Shown piece by piece: positions 7,331 through 16,909 of a stretch of 26,026 bases of DNA; the first letter of the stretch is position 1, and every line of letters begins with the position of its first letter. The notes under the pieces are model-generated. The model saw only the letters and a list, made by a program, of their open reading frames with translations, made no database searches and was not told where the DNA came from. Origin of the DNA: Candidatus Methylomirabilota bacterium (GTDB lineage: Bacteria > Methylomirabilota > Methylomirabilia > Rokubacteriales > CSP1-6); the NCBI GenBank assembly GCA_046726415.1, contig JBKPAK010000128.1, forward strand, positions 1 through 26,026, given 5' to 3'. The position numbers and the translations under genes are program-made.

Positions 7331-8569
7331 ATGAGTGGTGTGTACGACGGCCTCACCGTGGTCGAGCTGGCCGATCGCCGCAACCAGTGGGCTGGCAAGC
7401 TTCTGGCCGACGGCGGCGCGCGGGTGATCCAGATCGAGCCGCCCGGTGGCAGTCCGGGACGATGGTGCGGCCCCTTCGTCGACGACGCGGTCGATTCCGA
7501 CCGCTGCCTCGACTACTGGTGGTACAACACCGGCAAGCAGAGCGTCGCCCTCGACATCGGCCGCCAGCCGGCCCAGGACCTTCTCCGGCAACTGCTAGCC
7601 AGGGCGGACATCTTCCTCGAAAGCACGCCGCCGGGAACGCTGCGTCCGTACGGCCTCGACTACGGGTCCGTCTCGAGCCACCGTGCGCTCATCTACGCGT
7701 CGCTGACCGACTTCGGTCAGGACGGCCCGTGGCGCGATTACCAGATGAACGACGCCGCGCACCTGGCCCTGGGCGGCCACATGGCGAGCACCGGATATTC
7801 CGACCCGAGCCTCACACCGATCGGCGGGCAGGGTCACCAGGCGTGGCACATGGGCTGCGTCTTCGCACTCCACGGGATCACGCTCGCTCTCTTCGACCGC
7901 ATGACGAGCGGACAAGGCCAGCACATCGACGTGGCGATCCACGACGCCTGCGCGATCGGCACCGAGGCGGCGGTGCCCGAGTGGCTGTACAACGGCGCGA
8001 CGCTCTACCGGCAGACCGGCATGCACGCCTCGACGCGGCGGCAACCTGACCTCGAGCTGCCCACGGCAGACGGCATGTACGTGATCGCAGTGAACCAGAC
8101 CTTTGGCGACCAGGGCTGGGCGAAGCTGATCGAGTGGATGGAGGAGAAGGGCGTTGCCGGCGAGCTGACCGACCCGAAGTACCGCGACGAAGCCGTCCGC
8201 ATGACCGACTATCGCCAGGGGACGGCCGTCCGCGACGGGATCCGCCGATTGATCGCCGCCACCAAGGGCGAGGAGGTTTTCGCCCGCGCGCAGGCGTACG
8301 GCATCTCGTGGGGGCTCGTCCGCGCACCGGAGGAGAACTACGATGTCCCGCATTACCAGCAGCGCGCCTTCTGGCGTGCCGTCGAGCACCCGGAGATCGG
8401 CCGGGCCGTTCCCTACCCGCGCGGCCCGTTCATGTCGGAGGCGCTCGGGATCACCCCACGGGGGCGAGCACCGCATCTGGGCGAGCACACGCGGCAGGTT
8501 CTGGAAACCGATCTTGGTCTGCCCGCCGCTCAAATCGATGCGCTCGCCGCGGCCGGAGTCATTCGATGA
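7331..8569 (+). CDS. Family III CoA-transferase, BbsE-like subunit lacking the catalytic Asp
   Basis: GLTVVELAD..AGKLLADGGARVIQIEPP, YNTGKQSVALD, RAPHLGEHT; GHQAWHMG at the catalytic Asp position; GGAGG RBS before ATG7331. Confidence 0.9.
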   Translation: MSGVYDGLTVVELADRRNQWAGKLLADGGARVIQIEPPGGSPGRWCGPFVDDAVDSDRCLDYWWYNTGKQSVALDIGRQPAQDLLRQLLARADIFLESTPPGTLRPYGLDYGSVSSHRALIYASLTDFGQDGPWRDYQMNDAAHLALGGHMASTGYSDPSLTPIGGQGHQAWHMGCVFALHGITLALFDRMTSGQGQHIDVAIHDACAIGTEAAVPEWLYNGATLYRQTGMHASTRRQPDLELPTADGMYVIAVNQTFGDQGWAKLIEWMEEKGVAGELTDPKYRDEAVRMTDYRQGTAVRDGIRRLIAATKGEEVFARAQAYGISWGLVRAPEENYDVPHYQQRAFWRAVEHPEIGRAVPYPRGPFMSEALGITPRGRAPHLGEHTRQVLETDLGLPAAQIDALAAAGVIR

Positions 8570-9906
8570 ACGCCCCGGGGACACTGCCCAAGGGCATCCT
8601 CAGCGGCGTCCGCATCCTCGACTTCACGTGGAAGACGGTGGGGCCGTGGGCTCCCCGCCTGCTCACCCACTTCGGCGCGGAAGTGATCCATGTCGAGCGG
8701 GTCGGATCGTGGGACGATCACCGCTACGCGGCCAACCCGAGCCCGATCGTCGAGGGCCCGCAGAAGGAGTTCACGTCGGGACAGGGCACCGGCCCCCTGC
8801 ACGGCGGGGGTCACGCCGACGGGAAAAAGCCCTACTACTCCACCCCGTACTTCACGATCCTGCACCACGGCAAGCTGGCGATCAGCCTGAACACGCGGCA
8901 TGCCAAGGGCCTCGCGCTGGCCAAGCGGCTCATCGGCATCTCCGACGCGGTGGTCGAAAACTTCAGCGGCGAGGTCTTCCCGAGCTGGGGGCTCACCTGG
9001 GAGCGCATCCACGAGATCAACCCGCGGACCGTGTACATGAGCACGTCGGGCTTCGGCCACTCCGGCCCCTTCAAGGCCTACCGGAGCTTCGGTCCCACCG
9101 CCGCGGCCCAGTCCGGTCTTTCGCTGACCTCCGGGCTGCCCGACAAGCCGCCGGCGGGCTGGGGCTTCTCCTTCATGGACGTGATGGGCGGATGGATGGG
9201 CAGCCTGGCCCTCATCATGGGGTTGCTCCAGGCCAGGAAAACCGGTGAGGGCCTCTACGTCGACTACGCGGTCACCGAGGGCGCGATGTCGCTGCTCGGG
9301 ACATACATGCTCGACTACCAGGTGAATGGCCGTTCCACCCGCCGCCCGGGATTTCCGCCCGGCAATCGATCCCGCTGGCCCGCGGTAGCGCCCCACAACA
9401 CCTATCGCTGTTCCGGCCAGGATCGGGTCGGGCAGGACTGGTGGGTCTTCATCGCCTGCGAGACGCAGGCGCAGTTCGAGTCGCTGGCGCGCCTCATGGG
9501 CCAGCCCGAGCTGTGCGTGGACCCGCGCTTCGCCACCAATGAGGCCCGCGTGGCCAACCAGGACGCGCTCGACGCGATCGTGGGCCGGTGGGTGCGGCCG
9601 CGACGGCGCTACGACGTCATGCGGCGGTGCCAGGAGGTCGACATCATCGCGGCGGTGGTGCAGAGCGCCGAGGACCGGGTCGAGCACGATCCGCAGCTGA
9701 AGCACCGCGACATGCACCCGGTTGTCCACCATCCGGAGATCGGCGACTTCGAGTACGAGGGCTATCCCGTCAAGCTCTCGCGGACGCCGGCCTTCGTACA
9801 CGGGCGGGGGCCGCTCCTGCGCGAGCACAACCGCTACGTCTACGGCGAGCTCCTCGGCCTGAGCGACGAGGAGATGAAATCGCTCGAAGACGAGAAAGTG
9901 ATCTGA
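8566..9906 (+). CDS. Family III CoA-transferase, BbsF-like catalytic subunit
   Basis: LSGVRILDFTW..GP, VVENFSG, SGFGHSGP, GFSFMDVMGG (Asp present), GPLLREHN. ATGA overlap with the upstream stop; the ORF-track start at 8134 is spurious. Confidence 0.9.
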   Translation: MNAPGTLPKGILSGVRILDFTWKTVGPWAPRLLTHFGAEVIHVERVGSWDDHRYAANPSPIVEGPQKEFTSGQGTGPLHGGGHADGKKPYYSTPYFTILHHGKLAISLNTRHAKGLALAKRLIGISDAVVENFSGEVFPSWGLTWERIHEINPRTVYMSTSGFGHSGPFKAYRSFGPTAAAQSGLSLTSGLPDKPPAGWGFSFMDVMGGWMGSLALIMGLLQARKTGEGLYVDYAVTEGAMSLLGTYMLDYQVNGRSTRRPGFPPGNRSRWPAVAPHNTYRCSGQDRVGQDWWVFIACETQAQFESLARLMGQPELCVDPRFATNEARVANQDALDAIVGRWVRPRRRYDVMRRCQEVDIIAAVVQSAEDRVEHDPQLKHRDMHPVVHHPEIGDFEYEGYPVKLSRTPAFVHGRGPLLREHNRYVYGELLGLSDEEMKSLEDEKVI

Positions 9907-9916
9907 GGAGGGGACG

Positions 9917-11119
9917 ATGGCGGTGAGCTTCGATCGGGCGCGGCTCGGGCGACTGAAAGACACGGTGGCGGTCGTCGGTGTCGGCGAGACCGACTACGCG
10001 AAGGACTACCGGGGAGCCGGCGGCCAGGCCGTGAGCAAGGGTGAGGCCCGGTACGACTCGTACACCTTGGCGTCGAGGGCGCTGAAGCGCGCGCTGGACG
10101 ATGCGGGTTTGAAGAAGGACGACATCGACGGCCTGTGCACCTCCGGCACGCTGTCCGGCGAGCGGGCCAGCGAGCTGTGGGGTCTGAACCCACGCTGGAG
10201 CGGCGGAGGCGACGCCGCGCAATGCATCATCGAGGCAACCCTGGCCATCGACGCCGGGCTCTGCACGACCGTCGCGCTGGTCTACGGCAACGCGCAGCGC
10301 TCGATGGACACGGCCTACGGCGGCGCCCGGGTGACCGGCGGCGCCATCACCTCCTACTTCTATTACGCCCCGTGGGGCATGACGTCGCAGGGCGCGCTCT
10401 ACGCGCTCTTCTTCCAGCGCCACAAGCTGCTCTACGGCACCACCGAGGAGCAGCTCGGCGCGGTCGCGGTGGCCTTCCGCAAGCACGCCTGCCTGAACGA
10501 CAACGCCGTGATGCAGAAGCCGCTCACCATCCAGGATTACCTGAGCGCCCCGTACATCGCCGAGCCGCTCCGGCTCTACGACTACTGCCTCATCAACGAC
10601 GGTGGCGTGGCCATCATCGTGCGCCGCGCGGACATCGCCAGAGACCTCAGGCACCGGCCGATCATGGTGAGCGGGTTCGGATGGTCCGAGGAGAACGTCG
10701 ACGCCACCCAGCTGCGGCCACGGCTCAAGACCTTCTATCACGGCGCGCATCGCGACGTGGCCGCCCAGGTCTATCCCATGGCGGGCGTCACCCCGAGTGA
10801 CGTCGACGTATTCGCCACCTACGACAGCTTCAGCGTGCACCTGCTCGCCTCGCTCGAGGGCTTCGGCTTCTGCAAGGAAGGCGAGGCCGGCGCGTTCGTG
10901 CAGGGAGGCCGCATCGAGATCGGCGGCGATCTGCCGTGCAACACCAGCGGCGGCATGCTGTCCGAGAGCTACATGCAGAGCTGGAACCACCAGCCGGAGC
11001 TGGTGCGCCAGCTGCGGGGCGGTCTCGGCACGCGGCAGGTGGAAGGCGCCAAGGTCGCCCAGTACGTCCACGACGTCGCCGGGAAGTGCAAGAGCCTGAT
11101 CTACACGAGGGGGGCGTGA
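9917..11119 (+). CDS. Thiolase-fold SCP-x/Ltp2-like protein (probable retro-aldolase)
   Basis: VAVVGVGET, EPLRLYDYCLINDGG, YDSF, NTSGGMLSESY, VRQLRG; no nucleophilic CxS motif; GAGGAGG RBS. Confidence 0.9.
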   Translation: MAVSFDRARLGRLKDTVAVVGVGETDYAKDYRGAGGQAVSKGEARYDSYTLASRALKRALDDAGLKKDDIDGLCTSGTLSGERASELWGLNPRWSGGGDAAQCIIEATLAIDAGLCTTVALVYGNAQRSMDTAYGGARVTGGAITSYFYYAPWGMTSQGALYALFFQRHKLLYGTTEEQLGAVAVAFRKHACLNDNAVMQKPLTIQDYLSAPYIAEPLRLYDYCLINDGGVAIIVRRADIARDLRHRPIMVSGFGWSEENVDATQLRPRLKTFYHGAHRDVAAQVYPMAGVTPSDVDVFATYDSFSVHLLASLEGFGFCKEGEAGAFVQGGRIEIGGDLPCNTSGGMLSESYMQSWNHQPELVRQLRGGLGTRQVEGAKVAQYVHDVAGKCKSLIYTRGA

Positions 11120-11121
11120 CG

Positions 11122-11541
11122 ATGGCCACCGCCCGTCCGGTCCGCGCGATGGACCCGTACGCCGAGCAGTTCTGGGCCTTCACCCTGGAGCGCGAGCTGC
11201 GCCTGCAGCAGTGCGCGGCGTGCGGGAAGTTCCGCTGGCCGCCCGGCCCCACCTGCGACCGCTGCCTCTCCGACGACTTCGTGTGGTCGGCGCTCAGCGG
11301 CGTGGCGAAGGTGCTCTCGTGGACGACGTTCCGCCGCGGCTACTTCCCGGAGTATCCGCCGCCCCACACGGTCGTCGCGCTCGAGCTGGCCGAGGGCCCG
11401 CTCTTCATCTCCTATCCCGTCGGCCTCGAGCCGAACGAGCTGCGGGAGGGCATGACCCTGGAGGTTCGGTGGGCGGACGCCGCCGACCGGTTCGGCGAGT
11501 ACAACCTGCCGGTCTTCGGCCCGCCCGCCGCACGCGGCTGA
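11122..11541 (+). CDS. DUF35-type Zn-ribbon/OB-fold protein
   Basis: FW....ELRLQQCAACG..RWPP...CDRC, VLSWT, LELAEGP; starts 2 nt after the thiolase stop. Confidence 0.92.
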   Translation: MATARPVRAMDPYAEQFWAFTLERELRLQQCAACGKFRWPPGPTCDRCLSDDFVWSALSGVAKVLSWTTFRRGYFPEYPPPHTVVALELAEGPLFISYPVGLEPNELREGMTLEVRWADAADRFGEYNLPVFGPPAARG

Positions 11542-11568
11542 GGCCACCGGCGAGCCCGGCGGCCGCCG

Positions 11569-13137
11569 TCAGGTGCCGCAGAAGGTGCGATAGACGCGCT
11601 GCTCGGGGCCGGGGGGCTCGGCGTAGCCGGCAAACGCCGGCTGGTCCTCGTAGGGCCTCGACAGCACGAGGAGTAGTTTCTCAAACGGTCTGGAGTCGTT
11701 GTGCTCGATGGCCGCGGCCAGCGCCTCCTCGACCCGGTGGTTGCGCAGGACGAAGGCGGGGTTGGCCTGCCGCATCAAGGCGGCATGCTCCTGAGGCGTT
11801 TGCGGTTCCTCGGCCAGGCGTTCGCGCCAGCGCTGCGCCCATTCGTCCCACGCCTCGGGCCGGGCGAACAGCTCGCGCACCTCCGCGCCGCCGTCGGCCG
11901 TCTCTGCCGCGGCGCACATGCGCCGGAAGGTCAAGGTGAAGTCGGCGTGGTTGGCAGCCATGGCGTCGAGCAGGGCCTGACCCAGTGTGGCATCGCGCTC
12001 CTGTTCGGTGAACAGGCCGAGCTTTTGCCGCAGGCCGGCCACGAACGCCCGGGAGAACACGGCCGGGTACGTGCCGATCACCTCGTTGGCCATAGCCACG
12101 GCGCGCTCACTGTCGTCGGCCAGCAGCGGCAGGATCGCTTCCGCCAGCCGCGCGAGGTTCCAGGCCGCGATGTGCGGCTGATTGGCATAGGCGTAGCGAC
12201 CGCAATGGTCGATGGAGCTGAACACCGTCGCCGGATCGTAGGCGTCCATGAAAGCGCAGGGCCCGTAGTCAATGGTCTCGCCGGAGACCGCGGTGTTGTC
12301 GGTGTTCATCACGCCGTGGATGAACCCCACCAGCAGCCATTGCGCCACCAGGCTGGCCTGGCGCGCGACCACCCCCTCGAGGAAGGCGCGATAGGGCTCA
12401 GCACCGGTCGCCGCACTGGGATCGTGACGTGCGATCGCGTGGTCGGCGAGGAGCCGCAGGGCCTCGAGATCGCCCCGCGCCGCGAAGAACTGGAACGTGC
12501 CGACACGGAGGTGGCTGGAGGCAATGCGGGTCAGGACCGCACCAGGCAGCGCCGTCTCGCGATACACGGTCTCGCCGGTGGTCACGGCCGCGAGCGAGCG
12601 CGTGGTGGGAATCCCCAGGGCCGCCATCGCCTCGCTCACGACGTATTCCCGCAGCACCGGCCCGAGTGCGGCACGCCCATCGCCGTTGCGTGAGAACGGC
12701 GTGATGCCAGAACCCTTGAGCTGGATGTCGCGGCGCCGGCCTGCGCGATCCACCACTTCGCCCAGCAGGATTGCGCGGCCATCGCCGAGTTGCGGGACGA
12801 AATGGCCGAACTGGTGGCCGGCATAGGCAAGCGCGATCGGCTCGGAGCCCGGGGCGATGCGGTTGCCGGCGAGGATCTCCACACCCTCGGGCGAGGCGAG
12901 CGCGTCCGGGTCGAGTCCGAGTTCCGTGGCCAGCCCACGGTTGATCTTCACCAGCCTCGGCTCGGCAACCGGCGTCGGGGCGAGGCGCGCGTAGAAGCGC
13001 TCCGGGAGGCGGGCATAGGAGTTGTCGAACGCGAAGCGAGGTGCCGATGGATCGCAACGAGTCGCTTGGGGCCGGGTCGCCGGCGTCGGCGCGGCCGGGT
13101 TCTCGCGGGGCGGACTATCGAGGACGCCTGCCATCAC
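11569..13137 (-). CDS. selO: Protein adenylyltransferase SelO/YdiU
   Basis: [43 protein letters not shown]-terminal YRTFCGT. Confidence 0.96.
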   Translation of the reverse strand: MMAGVLDSPPRENPAAPTPATRPQATRCDPSAPRFAFDNSYARLPERFYARLAPTPVAEPRLVKINRGLATELGLDPDALASPEGVEILAGNRIAPGSEPIALAYAGHQFGHFVPQLGDGRAILLGEVVDRAGRRRDIQLKGSGITPFSRNGDGRAALGPVLREYVVSEAMAALGIPTTRSLAAVTTGETVYRETALPGAVLTRIASSHLRVGTFQFFAARGDLEALRLLADHAIARHDPSAATGAEPYRAFLEGVVARQASLVAQWLLVGFIHGVMNTDNTAVSGETIDYGPCAFMDAYDPATVFSSIDHCGRYAYANQPHIAAWNLARLAEAILPLLADDSERAVAMANEVIGTYPAVFSRAFVAGLRQKLGLFTEQERDATLGQALLDAMAANHADFTLTFRRMCAAAETADGGAEVRELFARPEAWDEWAQRWRERLAEEPQTPQEHAALMRQANPAFVLRNHRVEEALAAAIEHNDSRPFEKLLLVLSRPYEDQPAFAGYAEPPGPEQRVYRTFCGT

Positions 13138-13195
13138 ATCGCCTTCTCATCTGTGCGCATGGGGGTCGGCAACGTCCGGCGGGGCTGAAGCCCGG

Positions 13196-13522
13196 TCACG
13201 GATGCGGTCCCCACGGGGCGGCGGTCAACAGCTTGACCTCCTGGGAGGCGAGGAGCGGACGGAACTTCACGGCAAAGCCCTCGACGAAGTCCTTGTTGGC
13301 GAAGACCGACGCCCAGTGCGCGCGGCGGTCGGCATCGTCGTCGAACTTCCAGAGATGGACGAGTTGATTGATCGTGCCCGTGTCGGCCTGGAAGTATCCG
13401 ATCAGCTTCTTGTCCTGGCCCCCCTTCTGCAGCGCGGGGTAACCCAGCTCGGTATACAGCTTGACGGCCTCGGCCATCTTGCCGACGTGAAGCGTGTAGG
13501 TCCGCATTTCGTACACCGTCAT
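13196..13522 (-). CDS. NIPSNAP family protein
   Basis: YEMRTYTL..GKM, LIGYF..DTG.INQLVHLW; GGGAGG RBS. Confidence 0.92.
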   Translation of the reverse strand: MTVYEMRTYTLHVGKMAEAVKLYTELGYPALQKGGQDKKLIGYFQADTGTINQLVHLWKFDDDADRRAHWASVFANKDFVEGFAVKFRPLLASQEVKLLTAAPWGPHP

Positions 13523-13590
13523 GGCGATCCTCCCGAGTCCTTCGTGGTGTTTCGTTCAGCGAGCCGACCGGAGCCGTCCGACTGACGCCG

Positions 13591-13599
13591 ATCATAGCA
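13591..13599 (-). promoter_or_regulatory. Extended -10 element upstream of NIPSNAP-selO
   Basis: TGC-TATGAT on the minus strand about 70 bp upstream of the start. Confidence 0.4.
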
Positions 13600-13697
13600 G
13601 GGACGGCGCGCACCCAGAGTGGTGAGCATCACGGCCCTTCCTCTGCGCCGAATCCGGTCGCGGTCCTGGCCGCCGCGGTCCGGCGCGGGGCGCAGGA

Positions 13698-13725
13698 GCA
13701 CCTCGCCGCCGCGGCGGCGAGGTGC
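13698..13725. repeat. Perfect 28-bp palindrome in a divergent intergenic region
   Basis: GCACCTCGCCGCCG|CGGCGGCGAGGTGC. Confidence 0.9.
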
Positions 13726-13826
13726 GGCGAGATGGGCGGACTTGACGAGACCCGGCCGAGGTCGCAGGCTCGTGCGCGAACTGGTTGGCGCGAGCTCCGC
13801 GATCAGATGACCGGGAGGAAAGGGAG

Positions 13827-14612
13827 ATGGCGGGACGCCTCGAGGGCAAGGTGGCGCTGGTGACGGGAGGGGGGAGTGGCATCGGGCGAGCGTGCGCGGT
13901 GCGATTCGCCAAGGAAGGGGCCAATGTCTGCGTCGCCGACATCGATCTGGCCGCGGCTTCGGACACCGCGCGGCAGGTCGATGCGGCCGGTCGGAAGTCG
14001 GTGCCCGTGCCGGTCGACACCACCGACGAGGCCGCCAACGACATCATGGTCAGGCGGTGCGTCGACGGCCTCGGGGCGGTGGACGTCCTCGTGGCCGCGG
14101 CGGGCGTCGGTGCCGCGCGAGTGCCGGGCGCGGCCTCGTACCAACCGTACGCGGTGCTGGACATTCCGATAGAGCAGTTCCGGCGGGTCATCGACGTCAA
14201 CCTCTACGGTGTCCTGTTCTCGAACCGTGCGGTGGCGCGCTGGATGACCGAGAACCGGCGAAGCGGGAGCATCATCAACCTCGCGTCCATCATGTCGAAG
14301 ATGCCGTCGACGAGCGCGCCTTACAGTGTGAGCAAGGCAGGGGTCTGGATGCTGACGAAATGCCTGGCGCAGGAGCTCGCCGGCCACGGAATCCGCGTCA
14401 ACGCGATCGGTCCGGGCTTCATCGAGACACCCATGACGGCGGCCATGCGTGAGGACGCCGCGCGCTCGCGGTGGGCGATGGGGCTGACGCCGATGGGGCG
14501 ATACGGCAAGCCGGAGGAGATCGCGGCGACCGCGCTCTTTCTCGCCTCGGACGACGCGTCGTACTTCACCGGTGAGCTCCTGCACCCCGCGGGCGGCGTG
14601 TTCGTCGGCTGA
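13827..14612 (+). CDS. Classical short-chain dehydrogenase/reductase (probably NAD-preferring)
   Basis: TGGGSGIG, Asp after beta2 (ADID), catalytic S..YSVSK, IRVNAIGPG; AGGGAG RBS. Confidence 0.94.
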   Translation: MAGRLEGKVALVTGGGSGIGRACAVRFAKEGANVCVADIDLAAASDTARQVDAAGRKSVPVPVDTTDEAANDIMVRRCVDGLGAVDVLVAAAGVGAARVPGAASYQPYAVLDIPIEQFRRVIDVNLYGVLFSNRAVARWMTENRRSGSIINLASIMSKMPSTSAPYSVSKAGVWMLTKCLAQELAGHGIRVNAIGPGFIETPMTAAMREDAARSRWAMGLTPMGRYGKPEEIAATALFLASDDASYFTGELLHPAGGVFVG

Positions 14613-14691
14613 GCGCGAGCGGTCGCGACGGGAGCCCCGCGTGGGCGGGGGCGTCTCCTCGGTCCGGTGCCGATTGGGGGCGATCGATGGG

Positions 14692-14720
14692 TTGATCTGA
14701 GTCGAAGGCGACGCTACCCT
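14692..14720 (+). promoter_or_regulatory. Possible sigma70 promoter of the substrate-binding protein gene
   Basis: TTGATC-N17-TACCCT. Confidence 0.4.
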
Positions 14721-14822
14721 CTCCGCACGAGCCCACCCTCCGCCACGGAGGTGGCCGTCATGCGGTTCCGGCCATCCGCGTCGCACACCACGTCCGGCGC
14801 AAAGGGCAATAAGGAGGCTTCC

Positions 14823-16361
14823 ATGATGAGACAGGTTCGAGGCCTCTTCGTGTCGTTGCTCGTCATCACGCTCGTGACGCTTGGTCCGTCGCTGTGCGCA
14901 GCGGCCCCCGAAGGTCAGATGATCTGGGGGGCCCACATCTCGCTCGCGCCCACCTGGTTCGACCCGGCCGAGACCTCGGGGATCATCACGCCGTTCATGG
15001 TGATTTACGCGTTGCACGACGCCGTGCTGAAGCCGATGCCGGGTCAGCCCCTGGCGCCAAGCCTCGCCGAGTCGTGGAGCATGTCCCCCGATGGTCTCGC
15101 CTACGACTTCGCCCTCCGCAAAGGGGTCAAGTTCCACAACGGTGAGACGGTCACCGCCGAGGACGTGAAGTTCTCCCTCGAGCGCTACCGGGGCGCCTCC
15201 GCCAAGGCTCTCCGGGAGAATGTCGCGGCGGTGGAGACCCCGGACCCCGGGCGCGTCCGCATCCGCCTCAAGCGACCGTGGCCCGACTTCATGACCTTCT
15301 ATATCGGCGCGACCGGTGCCGCCTGGATCGTCCCGAAGAAGTACGTCGAGAAGGTCGGCGACGAAGGCTTCAAGAAGGCGCCGGTCGGGGCCGGCCCGTA
15401 CAGATTTATCTCGTACACCCCGGGGGTGGAGCTGGTCCTGGAGGCCTTCGATCAGTACTGGAGGAAGGTGCCGAACGTCAAGCGGGTGATCCTGAGATCG
15501 ATCCCCGACGAGACCACGCGCCTGGCCGCGCTGAAGCGAGGCGAGATCGACATCGCTTATAACCTTCGGGGCGAGCTGGCCCAGGAGATCCGGCGCACGC
15601 CGGGGCTCACCCTCAAGCCCAACGTCGGCCAGGCCACGCACTGGGTCTACTTCGCCGACCAGTGGGATCCGAAATCGCCATGGCACGACCGGCGCGTGCG
15701 CCTGGCGGCGAACTACGCCATCGATCGGCCCGCGATGAACGAGGCGGACGCTCTCGGATTCGCCAAGATCACCTGGAGTATCATTCCCTCGAGCTTCGAG
15801 TTCTACTGGCAGCCGCCCGGCTATGCGTATGATCGGGCCCGCGCCAAGCAACTCCTCGCCGAGGCCGGGTACCCCAACGGCTTCGACGCCGGCGACTACT
15901 TTTGCGACGCCGCGATCACCAATATCGGCGAGCCCGCCGTCAACTATCTGAACGCGGCGGGCATCCGGGTGAAGCTCCGTCCGGTGGAGCGCGCCGCCTA
16001 CTTCAAAGGATGGTCCGAGAGGAAGTACAAGGGGCTCATCCACGGCGCCAGCGGTGCCTTCGGCAACGCCGCCACCAGACTCGAGGCCTTCATCGTCGGG
16101 GGCGGCACCTACGCCTACGGCAGCTACGCCGACATCGATGGCCTCTTCGCGGAGCAGGCCGGCGAGCTCGACCCGAAGCGGCGCGAGGCGACCCTGCACC
16201 GCATCCAGCAGCTCGTCCACGAGAGGGTGATGGTCGCGCCGATCTGGCTGAACGCTGGCCTGTCCGGTCTGGGGCCACGCGTCGAGGAGTCGGGAATCGG
16301 GCTCATCGCCGGGTTCGCCTGGTCCGGCCCGTACGAGGACGTGAAGCTCAAGGGCAAGTAG
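14823..16361 (+). CDS. ABC transporter substrate-binding protein, family 5 (DppA/OppA-like), orphan
   Basis: Signal peptide, PSLAESW, LRKGVKFHNG..VTAEDVKFS, PVGAGPY, D.RVR.A.NYAIDR, AKQLLAEAGYPNGF; AAGGAGG RBS. Confidence 0.95.
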   Translation: MMRQVRGLFVSLLVITLVTLGPSLCAAAPEGQMIWGAHISLAPTWFDPAETSGIITPFMVIYALHDAVLKPMPGQPLAPSLAESWSMSPDGLAYDFALRKGVKFHNGETVTAEDVKFSLERYRGASAKALRENVAAVETPDPGRVRIRLKRPWPDFMTFYIGATGAAWIVPKKYVEKVGDEGFKKAPVGAGPYRFISYTPGVELVLEAFDQYWRKVPNVKRVILRSIPDETTRLAALKRGEIDIAYNLRGELAQEIRRTPGLTLKPNVGQATHWVYFADQWDPKSPWHDRRVRLAANYAIDRPAMNEADALGFAKITWSIIPSSFEFYWQPPGYAYDRARAKQLLAEAGYPNGFDAGDYFCDAAITNIGEPAVNYLNAAGIRVKLRPVERAAYFKGWSERKYKGLIHGASGAFGNAATRLEAFIVGGGTYAYGSYADIDGLFAEQAGELDPKRREATLHRIQQLVHERVMVAPIWLNAGLSGLGPRVEESGIGLIAGFAWSGPYEDVKLKGK

Positions 16362-16409
16362 ACGCTCGGCGGGAGGACCGCCGGACGGCGGTGTGGGTGA
16401 CCGCCTGGG

Positions 16410-16870
16410 CTAGGAACGCGGTACTCCCGCGTCTTCCAGTGTCGAGGCCTCCGAGATCGCGAAGACGCGCACCGGCGCCTCGCGACCGCGCAGGTGCTGG
16501 GGCCCGAGGTCCTCGAGCGCGAAGGCGCCGTCGAGGCTCAGGCGGTCGAGGGCGTCGGCGGAGGCCAGGGAGGGCCGGCCGAGGTCGCGCGTGGCCTGCT
16601 CGATCCCGCGACGTCGTGTTCACGACGTCGCCGTGGAACACGATCGCCCGCCGGCGCGCGCCGACCTCGCCGGTGACGACCGGCCCCGCGTGCAGCGCCC
16701 CCCGCACGCGCGGCGCCGCCGCGAAGTCTCGCTCGAAGCCCGGCCGCGCCGCCTCCAGAGCCCGCGCGATCGCGAAGAAGCAGGTCACCGGGGCGGCGCC
16801 GCGCCGGGTCGACCGCGCTGTCCACGTCACGACCATCTCGTCACCCACGCTCGTACGCGTGAACCTGGGC
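16410..16870 (-). pseudogene. Class III adenylate/guanylate cyclase catalytic-domain remnant
   Basis: (QVHAY)VGDEMVVTW, GALHAGPVVTGEVG, IVFHGDVVNTTSR, a frameshift near 16605, then IEQATRDL..LASAD..LGPQHLRGREAPVRVFAI to a TAG at 16410. N-terminus missing. Confidence 0.85.
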
Positions 16871-16909
16871 ATCGATGATTGGCATGGCCGCGATCCTCAT
16901 TCCTCCGGG

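Noticed and set aside
11569-11580. Possible selenocysteine read-through at the selO TGA
   Set aside because: The protein ends with the normal Cys-type TFCGT and meets a convergent gene; no SECIS evident.
13803-16220. 805-aa minus-strand ORF
   Set aside because: Antisense shadow of the SDR and binding-protein genes; no motifs; typical of high-GC DNA.
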